Below are positions 57,070 to 64,000 of a stretch of 64,000 nucleotides of DNA, piece by piece. Made by a program: the position numbers and the translations under genes. Source of the stretch: an uncultured virus (IMG/VR IMGVR_UViG_3300046557_000419) (Duplodnaviria; Heunggongvirae; Uroviricota; Caudoviricetes). Numbering within the stretch: the stretch's first letter is position 1; each line of letters opens with the position of its first letter. The stretch is taken from IMG/VR virus record IMGVR_UViG_3300046557_000419, positions 1 through 64,000 of that record; one strand, written 5' to 3'. The notes under the pieces are model-generated. The model had not been told where the DNA came from, searched no databases, and was given only the letters and a program-made list of their open reading frames with translations.

Positions 57070-57378
57070 ATGAACACGTCCTTCGAGTATCGGTCCTATC
57101 AAGTCAGCCACGACGGCGTCGCTTTCACCGCCGAACCCCAGGACGGGGAACCCTTCCAGCTCAGATCGAAGAACATGCTTCGCGTCACTCGGGCGATCGA
57201 TACCCTTTGGAATGCCCTCGAAGGAACCGTTGCCGCCCCGGCCTGGCTGTTTGAAGAGACCAGTTCCGTCGATCTCGATGCGGCCTCGGAGGCTATGCTG
57301 ATCGTTGACCGTCCGAAGTCGGTGACCTACTTCCCTTTAGGGCCCATGGCTGGGATGCCCGCCCGCGCCGCAGCCTGA
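57070..57378 (+). CDS. Hypothetical protein (paralog of the next gene's N-terminus)
   Basis: YR.Y.V...F.A...AID.LW..LE...PAW...DLD. Confidence 0.7.
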   Translation: MNTSFEYRSYQVSHDGVAFTAEPQDGEPFQLRSKNMLRVTRAIDTLWNALEGTVAAPAWLFEETSSVDLDAASEAMLIVDRPKSVTYFPLGPMAGMPARAAA

Positions 57379-57383
57379 GGCTC

Positions 57384-57995
57384 GTGATGACGACGATCTA
57401 CCGGAACTACGTTGTCGCTCGTGTGGGCGACAAGTTTGTTGCTAAGTCGCCGGATGATGAATGCCTGCTGGTGTCATCACAGCAGCAACGCCTTCACGCA
57501 GCGATCGACGACCTCTGGGATTCTTTGGAGAAGGGGGGCGAGCCTGCGTGGTTCTCCGGCAGCTCTGCCATCGATCTCGACACATTCGGGCCGGAAGCGG
57601 TGCCGTCGAGTTCTGACCCCCCTGAGTCGACGCCGAGGCCGGTTCTGAGGATCAGCTACGTCGCCTTCGTCGCCACGGCGGTAGCTGTGTCTGCGCCGGT
57701 CTCTTATTTCATGGAGACGATGTGCTGGCCGATGCGGGTCGACGTCCTGTTGACCCTCGGGGTTTGTGCGGTCGCGGTGGCCTTCGGTAGGCGCTACGCA
57801 CTGATCGCGGCCGGGATCGCAGCAGTCGTATTCAACTTTTGCGCCGTGGAGCCTCTATTGGCGTTCACGGTTCCTACGACGAGTGAGATTGTCCTGATGG
57901 CGTTCAATCTCATCGCCGCTCTCGGCATTCCCGAGTTGCTCAAGCTGCGATGTCTTCAGGCCGCACAAGGGAAAGGCCGAACTCGGCGCATCTGA
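57384..57995 (+). CDS. Paralog domain fused to a DUF4118 (KdpD-type) membrane domain
   Basis: 4 TM segments; AVAFGRRYAL.A...FNF..VEP...F. Confidence 0.7.
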   Translation: MMTTIYRNYVVARVGDKFVAKSPDDECLLVSSQQQRLHAAIDDLWDSLEKGGEPAWFSGSSAIDLDTFGPEAVPSSSDPPESTPRPVLRISYVAFVATAVAVSAPVSYFMETMCWPMRVDVLLTLGVCAVAVAFGRRYALIAAGIAAVVFNFCAVEPLLAFTVPTTSEIVLMAFNLIAALGIPELLKLRCLQAAQGKGRTRRI

Positions 57996-58593
57996 TCATC
58001 ATGTCTTGTGTCCCTGTCCCGCCAGGACACGCGACAGCAAGCTGCGGGCGACCTTCGCGCAGCATTTGTTCATTTCGTACGTGGCCGGCAAGCACATCGT
58101 AGAGCTTGCCATATTTGTTCTTTTTCACCACGGCGCCCGGCCGATCGATGTTATCCCAGTCGGCCGGGTAGGGATCAAACGCGACACCACGATCCTCAGC
58201 CCATTTGCGAGCCAGCCTGTCAGCTCCAGACGCCTCCCCCTCAACGATGCATGTGATCCGCCTACGCGCATCGAGCGCGTCCAGACCGCGATACAGCGTA
58301 TCTCTGTCGGCGTAGTTGCGGCCACCGAACACGACCACGCGGAAGTTCGCCTTCAGCAGGATCGAGTCACCGTGGCAGCGGTGCGGCGCGCAGTAGCACT
58401 TCAGGTTACTGCCGGTCAGCGCCGAGACATCCATGTCCGGCAGCTGCTCGCAGTCGAACATATTGCAGACCTGGTCGCGGTCGCCGTGCGCCCCGATGAC
58501 GAACCGGTTGCCATAGGGCGAGCCGCGGCCGATGTAGACCGCGTCTGCTGGGGCGTCCTGGTGGTGGACGTTGTAGACTCGAGGCGCCGGCAT
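57940..58593 (-). CDS. DUF4326 + SLOG (DUF2493-like) fusion
   Basis: YIGRGS.YGN.F...C.CAP..CHGD; GGR.Y...GAD..A...RN..M...PGG.GT. Confidence 0.8.
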   Translation of the reverse strand: MPAPRVYNVHHQDAPADAVYIGRGSPYGNRFVIGAHGDRDQVCNMFDCEQLPDMDVSALTGSNLKCYCAPHRCHGDSILLKANFRVVVFGGRNYADRDTLYRGLDALDARRRITCIVEGEASGADRLARKWAEDRGVAFDPYPADWDNIDRPGAVVKKNKYGKLYDVLAGHVRNEQMLREGRPQLAVACPGGTGTQDMMIRCAEFGLSLVRPEDIAA

Positions 58594-58946
58594 CAGTTCA
58601 TACCCTTTGGTCCGATCCCGATCGCGGTCAGCCTTGCCTTGAGCTGCTCATCGGTCTCGCCATCCTGCCGCTCCGTGAGGTAGCACTTCGCGGCATAGTT
58701 CAGCTTCTCGTCACGCAACGGTTCGAGCTGCCCCTGAATAGTCTCGGGCTTGATCTGTTGCAAAAGCTGCTCCGCCGGGATGGTGCGGGTCAGGCTTGCC
58801 ATGCCTGGATTGGTGCAGACTGCCTTCAGTTGGCCTGGACCTTCGACGGAGGTGATCTTGAAGTACACCCCGTGAGCAAACCCCACCCCGTTGAACTGGG
58901 TCATCGCAATGCCGGCAATCCGGCCGATCAGATCATCATCGTTCAT
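58593..58946 (-). CDS. Hypothetical protein
   Basis: Coupled ORF. Confidence 0.55.
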   Translation of the reverse strand: MNDDDLIGRIAGIAMTQFNGVGFAHGVYFKITSVEGPGQLKAVCTNPGMASLTRTIPAEQLLQQIKPETIQGQLEPLRDEKLNYAAKCYLTERQDGETDEQLKARLTAIGIGPKGMN

Positions 58947-59362
58947 GTCGTCTTTCCTTTCATCCAGCTCAGCTGCTGGCCCATCATCAGACCTTCCATA
59001 GGCACCTCGACATCCCCGAACAAGAGTCTGAAGGTCGGCATCAGGAACTCGCGATAGCTGACGCCTGCGAGCACGATCGCCTTCGTGCCCATGATGCGTT
59101 GGCGCTCCAGTTGTTCCTGGACCATGGCCGTCCAGTCCTTTCGGAGTTTGACGCCGAGGCCATTGAGCGTGAGATCGTACGGGTCCGTGACACGGTACGG
59201 ATGGAGCAGGCCAGCGCTGGCCGACAGGATGAACCACCGGTCGGCGTTGCGGCGGGCGTACTCCTTCGCCATCTGGAACCACGGGGAGATGTAGAGGTCC
59301 TGCGCCGGAAGCGGTCGGTCCGCCTTGGTCTTCACGCAGGATACGAATGCGACTCGGGTCAT
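58943..59362 (-). CDS. DUF6884-like protein
   Basis: VSC.K.K...A.DLY.S..F; ILSA..GL; PYD.TL; G.QL.W. Confidence 0.8.
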   Translation of the reverse strand: MTRVAFVSCVKTKADRPLPAQDLYISPWFQMAKEYARRNADRWFILSASAGLLHPYRVTDPYDLTLNGLGVKLRKDWTAMVQEQLERQRIMGTKAIVLAGVSYREFLMPTFRLLFGDVEVPMEGLMMGQQLSWMKGKTT

Positions 59363-59745
59363 GATGCCAATCCTGCCCAGTGAAGTTGATGGGTGTCGTC
59401 GAAGATCCAGCCGGAGATGCGGCCGACCTGCGATGGCGACGCGCGGTTCTGACGCATCCAGGCGTAGGCGCCGTTCTCGGCCGCGTGCGTGACCTTCACA
59501 TGGTAGCCGCTCGACCTGATCTCGCCCGGCGAGCCCAACATGAACTTCCGCAGAGGCGAGAGCCCGCTCCAGGCGCCTGCAACACGGCTGCACATCAGGT
59601 CGAAGGTTTCGTCGGTCATGAACGACTGGTCGTGGCGATAGTAGAGCAGGGACGCGACGACGATCTGCCGAGCACAGAGGTCGAGCGATGGCCCAGCCTC
59701 CTTCGCGGGCGGCAGGTCGGCAAACAGATCCAGCGTCTCGCTCAT
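59359..59745 (-). CDS. Protein resembling the NAD-ligase N-terminal (Ia) subdomain
   Basis: SLLYY..D.S.MTD..FD. Confidence 0.6.
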   Translation of the reverse strand: MSETLDLFADLPPAKEAGPSLDLCARQIVVASLLYYRHDQSFMTDETFDLMCSRVAGAWSGLSPLRKFMLGSPGEIRSSGYHVKVTHAAENGAYAWMRQNRASPSQVGRISGWIFDDTHQLHWAGLAS

Positions 59746-60047
59746 TGTGACCTCTTCGGCGGTGCCGGCCGGCGCATCCAGTGCGTCGCCTTAACCTCTG
59801 GGGATAGCGCGTAGCCGGGAGGCAGACCTCCGGACGGGTACCAGCCCGGTCGGTTCGGCGGGAAGTGCCGCCACCGCACGTCTGTCACCCGGCCCTGGAG
59901 CATCGGCTGACCACGCTTCACCTGGTAGGCACCGGGGCAGTAGAACTTGACCATGCTGTGGTCGACGTCCGGGCCGGCGCTCTCGATCCAGAGATCCACC
60001 ACTGACCCATCTGTCGGCGCGCTGTCGATCGCCTCCCACTCGCTCAT
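59742..60047 (-). CDS. DUF551-like protein
   Basis: W..I.SAP.DG...THWM..P.PP. Confidence 0.75.
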   Translation of the reverse strand: MSEWEAIDSAPTDGSVVDLWIESAGPDVDHSMVKFYCPGAYQVKRGQPMLQGRVTDVRWRHFPPNRPGWYPSGGLPPGYALSPEVKATHWMRRPAPPKRSQ

Positions 60048-60298
60048 CGGAACGCCTTGCATGCGTCGCCGCTCCGGAAGGTGCCGGAGGGGCAGGCCGT
60101 GCCGGGGATGTACGGGTATGCGCGCGGGGTGTCCTTGTGGAGCGCCTCGCACTTGTCGCCGAGTCCGACGTAACCCGTGGGGCACGTTCCAGTGCGCTGG
60201 ATGCGCTCCCTGCCATCTGGAGTCGGTGTGGGATATTTGGTCTCGGCGAGCGCAGGGGCTGCCAGGGTAAGCAAGACGAGGGCGATGATCTTCTTCAT
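60044..60298 (-). CDS. Small secreted Cys-rich protein
   Basis: Signal peptide; G.CP.G....GD.C occurs twice. Confidence 0.7.
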   Translation of the reverse strand: MKKIIALVLLTLAAPALAETKYPTPTPDGRERIQRTGTCPTGYVGLGDKCEALHKDTPRAYPYIPGTACPSGTFRSGDACKAFR

Positions 60299-61548
60299 GG
60301 CTGATCTCCAATGATCTTTTTCAGTTCCTGACTGAGCAGTATTGAAACCGCCCGCTTCTCGGGCAGCATGTCGTATTTGTCGTAGACGGCGGTGACGTCG
60401 CCATCGATGTGGTCGAGCATTGCCTTGACGTCCGGTCGCGGGGCGCCGCAGCGCCGGGCAAGAGTGGCCGCGGTGCGCCGGAGGTCGTGCGGGGTGAAGT
60501 GTTCCATCTTGAGGAATGACCGAATGCCGACCCGGTTCGAGCGCTCCTTGTCGTTCAAAGCCTGAGACAAAGAGCTGCGCTTGATCTCGACCTTCTCCCC
60601 GTACTTGGATGGGAAAAGACAGACCTGCTTCTCGTCCTTGATGGCGGCCTTGATGACCTCCGTTGCCAGCGGCGAGACAGGCACGATCACCTCGCGCCGG
60701 CCCTTCACCCTGATAGGAGGCATCTGGTACTGGGCATGCTCCGTGCCGAGCCCGCTGATCTCCGACAGGAGGGCGCCGGCCGCCTGGTATGGTCGGACCA
60801 TGGTGGCCAGAACCATCTTCAGCGCGAGCGCCACCTGGCGATCACAGGGCACGTCCGGATGCTCCAGACCCCACCAGAGCGTCCTAATCTCGTCGTCGGA
60901 TAGGACCCTGTTCCGAGCCTTCTCCGATCCGCCGCGGCGCTCCATGCCGGTGATCGGATTGGAGGGCACGTATTTCCGGCCGGGCTGCCTGGCCCATTCG
61001 AACATCTTGTGGATAACCGACTGCGTCCGGTTGGCGCTGATCGGGGCATCCTCGGCGATCTCGTCGAGGACATCGGCAATGTCGTCGTCCGTCACCGTGT
61101 GCGCTGGCATGTGCCCCAGGGCGACCTTGGGGCGTTTCAGGTAGCCCTCGTCGTTCTTCCAGGAGGACTTGTTCGGCTTTGCGTACTCCTCCATGTAGGC
61201 GTCGCAGAGAGCTTCGAACGAGAGATCCTCTGCACGGGCCGCAGCACGCCGCTCGCGCCGCTGTTCGGATCGGGGGTCCTTGTCGTCGCCGATCTTCTTG
61301 CGCTGCTCGGCGGCCTTCTCTCGGGCCAAGGCGAGGGAAATGTCCGGATACCGACCGAGCGATATCCGGACCGCCCGCGAGAGCAGGGGCGACCAATAGG
61401 TGAGCGCGAAGGACTTGGCGCCGGACTTGAACACCCGGACCTTGAGCCCGGGGCAGGCATCGTCCGCGACGTCGATCTGCTCTTTTTCTTGGGGGCATTT
61501 GAGCCCTGTGATATGCTTGTCAGTGAGCCTTGGCACCCTAGTCTCCAA
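60295..61548 (-). CDS. int: Tyrosine integrase with arm-binding domain
   Basis: CPGL.VRV..SG.KSF; catalytic R, HDLRRT, LDH and Y. Confidence 0.95.
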   Translation of the reverse strand: METRVPRLTDKHITGLKCPQEKEQIDVADDACPGLKVRVFKSGAKSFALTYWSPLLSRAVRISLGRYPDISLALAREKAAEQRKKIGDDKDPRSEQRRERRAAARAEDLSFEALCDAYMEEYAKPNKSSWKNDEGYLKRPKVALGHMPAHTVTDDDIADVLDEIAEDAPISANRTQSVIHKMFEWARQPGRKYVPSNPITGMERRGGSEKARNRVLSDDEIRTLWWGLEHPDVPCDRQVALALKMVLATMVRPYQAAGALLSEISGLGTEHAQYQMPPIRVKGRREVIVPVSPLATEVIKAAIKDEKQVCLFPSKYGEKVEIKRSSLSQALNDKERSNRVGIRSFLKMEHFTPHDLRRTAATLARRCGAPRPDVKAMLDHIDGDVTAVYDKYDMLPEKRAVSILLSQELKKIIGDQP

Positions 61549-61703
61549 CTTCGAAAATCCAGCAGTTTGCCTTACCTACAGTGAAGGAAAGCCTGATGCT
61601 TGGTGGACCATATTTGCATCCGTGCAAGCGTGCAAGTAGAAAGATCAATGACTTGACCTCACTCATGCGGTCCACTTGCACCATAAAGCAAATGCAAATC
61701 AGC

Positions 61704-61748
61704 CTGGGAGACTAGGGGTCGGAGGTTCAAATCCTCTCGCTCCGACCA
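61704..61748 (+). other. attP core = 3' half of tRNA-Pro(GGG)
   Basis: CTGGGAGACTAGGGGTCGGAGGTTCAAATCCTCTCGCTCCGACCA; 5' half absent; lies between int and alpA. Confidence 0.85.
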
Positions 61749-61925
61749 AAATAACCAAGTAATAACAGATACTTGGCAACTCGGTCAGAAACCCAATCTT
61801 CTCCCAAGCCGATCAAAGGTAAGGTATAGGTAAGGAAATCTCAAGACCCAGGTGAGAACGCCTGACATCGTCTGCTCCTGCCTCAACGAAAAATCGCCGG
61901 CTCTGAGGCCGACGATCCTTCAGTT

Positions 61926-62138
61926 CTAAGCAGCATTACTGAGCTGCTTCTGCCATTCGATCACCTCGTCCAGGTACCAGGCGATCCTCCCATCGGTAAT
62001 CTTCTTGGCCTTGGGGAAGGAGCCGTCGCCCGCCTTACGCAGCAGGGTGGCTTTGCTGAACGGGACCTTCCCCAGCACCTCCTTGACGCTGATCATCTGT
62101 CTCAGCTCGTTGTCCTGGGTCGTCGTCTCGGTGGTCAT
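61926..62138 (-). CDS. alpA: AlpA-family regulator / excisionase
   Basis: EV...VPFSKATL......G.FP.......RIAW..DEV..W. Confidence 0.88.
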   Translation of the reverse strand: MTTETTTQDNELRQMISVKEVLGKVPFSKATLLRKAGDGSFPKAKKITDGRIAWYLDEVIEWQKQLSNAA

Positions 62139-62415
62139 TCTGGTCGTCCTCAAAGAGTGGGTCTCGGGTCAGCTTGCAGGTCCGCCGGACCTCCTCAGCC
62201 TCGTCATTTTCGCCATAGTCGCAGTCGCCGCAGCGGGTGCATGTGTTGACCGGGATGGAGCAGCTGCAGAGGCCGCGCTCGCCATCGCAGCTGGCGCTAC
62301 ACCCGCCGATGGACTTCATGTCGCAGCCCAGCTCTCGGCAGGTAGCGGTGGCCGCGATCCTCTCCAGGTGGGCGACATGCGCCCGGGCTGTCTCCAGTTG
62401 ATCAGTCAGATTCAC
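62035..62415 (-). CDS. Cys-rich hypothetical protein
   Basis: CS.P...C.RCG.CDYG.N. Confidence 0.55.
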   Translation of the reverse strand: MNLTDQLETARAHVAHLERIAATATCRELGCDMKSIGGCSASCDGERGLCSCSIPVNTCTRCGDCDYGENDEAEEVRRTCKLTRDPLFEDDQNDHRDDDPGQRAETDDQRQGGAGEGPVQQSHPAA

Positions 62416-62788
62416 GGCCGGTCCCCGGGATCATCCAGATGCTGAACGACGGATCGCCGCAGCCGGCGCCCGATCCATTCCGTCCATAGATGACGATGTC
62501 GCCATCCACGGGATCGCCCAACCTCGGGTGATTGGGATAGAAATCAGTCTTCCAGATATTCGTCCGGTACGGACCGTTCGGCGGTCGTCCCGGCCTCCAG
62601 GCCGCAGTCAGGCCCATCATGCTGAGGGGGCGGTGGCGGTACGAGCTTTCCTTACTCATGTCGCCGCGAACATCCAGTTCCACATCCCAGCTGTCGTGGA
62701 CCGTGGTCACGTCGATCCACTCCCTGTCGTCATCGAAGTCTCGACTCGGCGCGGGTCGGCGGAGGATCATCATCGTGTCCGGTCTCAT
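62402..62788 (-). CDS. Hypothetical protein
   Basis: Coupled ORF. Confidence 0.5.
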   Translation of the reverse strand: MRPDTMMILRRPAPSRDFDDDREWIDVTTVHDSWDVELDVRGDMSKESSYRHRPLSMMGLTAAWRPGRPPNGPYRTNIWKTDFYPNHPRLGDPVDGDIVIYGRNGSGAGCGDPSFSIWMIPGTGRESD

Positions 62789-62967
62789 GCCGCTGCTCCA
62801 ATCAGGATGCGGCTCTCGTCGCGGGTGTTGCCGATCCAGCAGTTCGTGATGCCGGTGTAGCTCTTGATGTCCTGGTGATGCAGCTCGGCCTCGGCCTGAG
62901 ACTGATACGGACCAGCCTGGTAGTCCTTGCCCATGACGGTGTAGTTGACGAAGTGCTGTTTGCTCAT
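62785..62967 (-). CDS. Hypothetical protein
   Basis: 60-aa coupled ORF. Confidence 0.55.
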   Translation of the reverse strand: MSKQHFVNYTVMGKDYQAGPYQSQAEAELHHQDIKSYTGITNCWIGNTRDESRILIGAAA

Positions 62968-63287
62968 TGCTTTTTCCCAAAGACGCTGTCGACGGTCGGC
63001 GCCCGCTCATCGCTGGGGGCTATCCAGACCCTCGTCTGCCGGTTGCCGTGATTGTTGCCCTTGACGTGAAAGTCCTGCTCGTGTCGGGCTCGGTTCAGTT
63101 TTGAAACCATGACACGGAAGCCGGCGAGCATCGCTTGATCGTGATCTCGAAATGTCTCCGGCTTCCCGTCCTTGCCATTCACCCACTCTGGCGAAGATCC
63201 CGGGATGCCGTAGGTCGCGTGGTAGAGACCATCGATTTCCTTGTGGGGTACAACTGCCGAATAGTAGGAGTTGGCAATCTTGGTCAT
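62964..63287 (-). CDS. Hypothetical protein
   Basis: 107-aa coupled ORF. Confidence 0.6.
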   Translation of the reverse strand: MTKIANSYYSAVVPHKEIDGLYHATYGIPGSSPEWVNGKDGKPETFRDHDQAMLAGFRVMVSKLNRARHEQDFHVKGNNHGNRQTRVWIAPSDERAPTVDSVFGKKQ

Positions 63288-64000
63288 GCAGCTTTCCTTA
63301 AGACGTCTAGCTCGATGAATTTGCGGTTCTGGCTCCAGCCGCGGAAATTTCCGTGAAGGTGCGACTGCTGCCAGTATCCGACGCGGAACTCGCCATACGG
63401 CCCGATCTGACCCGGCACTCGGACGTCTGGCGTGGCCTGATGCTCAGCCGGTGAGGCGTGAAGCGGCCGGGCACCGACGAGGTCGTTGAACAGCGCGAGA
63501 TCCTTGTGGACCTGCGGCTGCTTGCCTTCGTGGGTCAGGTAGGAGGTGCGAGCGCAACGGGCGACGGAGATTTTCTTCTGCGTATCCAGGTCGAGCCACT
63601 CCTGCTCGAACTCCGAGACGAACGGCAAATGCCATTGGCCCGGCTGCAACAGCTGTGGCTTGCTGTCGGCAAACGCTGCCTTGATCGCGATAGCCAGCGC
63701 CTGGATCTCCGGCTGTGCATCCTTGTGGTCACGCAGCTCGAAGAAGTTGTCCCAATCGGTCGCTGTGATCAGGACGTTGATGTGGGCGTAGGGCTCGAGA
63801 ATGCGGTTGACGACCTGTTTGTGATAGCCGGCCTGGTCGTAGGCTCGTGCGAATGCGATGGCGTGGTCACGAGCCTCGCACCACATCTGCTGCGGCGACA
63901 GCAGCGATCCCATGAGGACGTTGTCGTTCGCGAAGGGATTCTTGATGTAGTCGGTCAGCTCGATGTCGGCCTGCATGCCCTTCTGGTTTTTGCCCCAGTG
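63284..64000 (-). CDS. thyX: FAD-dependent thymidylate synthase (5' partial)
   Basis: HKQ.VNR.LEP; NFF.LR....AQPEI; SVARCARTSY; HASPAEHQA. Confidence 0.9.
   Translation of the reverse strand, partial: HWGKNQKGMQADIELTDYIKNPFANDNVLMGSLLSPQQMWCEARDHAIAFARAYDQAGYHKQVVNRILEPYAHINVLITATDWDNFFELRDHKDAQPEIQALAIAIKAAFADSKPQLLQPGQWHLPFVSEFEQEWLDLDTQKKISVARCARTSYLTHEGKQPQVHKDLALFNDLVGARPLHASPAEHQATPDVRVPGQIGPYGEFRVGYWQQSHLHGNFRGWSQNRKFIELDVLRKAA

Larger units (their letters stand above)
1..64000. mobile_element. Temperate myovirus genome segment (non-integrated configuration)
   Basis: Terminase, portal, capsid, baseplate, sheath, tube, tape measure, lysis and integrase genes; the att core has phage genes on both sides; no host housekeeping block. 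Confidence 0.95.

Noticed and set aside
61704..61748. Full tRNA-Pro gene or prophage boundary
   Set aside because: The 5' half is missing and phage genes continue on both sides

Overview
The whole window is a GC-rich temperate myovirus genome with P2/Mu-type contractile-tail genes. The host is probably a Rhizobiales/Bradyrhizobium-like alphaproteobacterium (inferred from gene families and the tRNA-Pro att core). Layout: 1-3.2 kb small, mostly leftward genes punctuated by a conserved GNA-triloop hairpin repeat; 3.24-3.37 kb an iteron-like candidate origin; 3.7-8 kb many tiny (often membrane) ORFs and tRNA-Gly; 8-15 kb fibre/decoration-like proteins; 13-23.5 kb tRNAs, several structured non-coding segments and packaging genes; 20-46.8 kb portal, scaffold, capsid, neck, baseplate, sheath, tube, tape measure and lysis genes; 47-50.6 kb metallophosphoesterase and nucleotide metabolism; 50.6-64 kb leftward accessory, DNA-modification and anti-defence-like genes, integrase, an intact attP, an AlpA-like excisionase and a partial thyX. 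The most unusual signals are seven covarying hairpin repeats at gene junctions, large structured RNAs ending in CCA-tailed hairpins beside the tRNAs, a genome-wide TTGCA-N4-TGCAA operator, and GGGA-loop hairpins before the scaffold gene. All family calls come from motif recognition by eye; no database searches were run.
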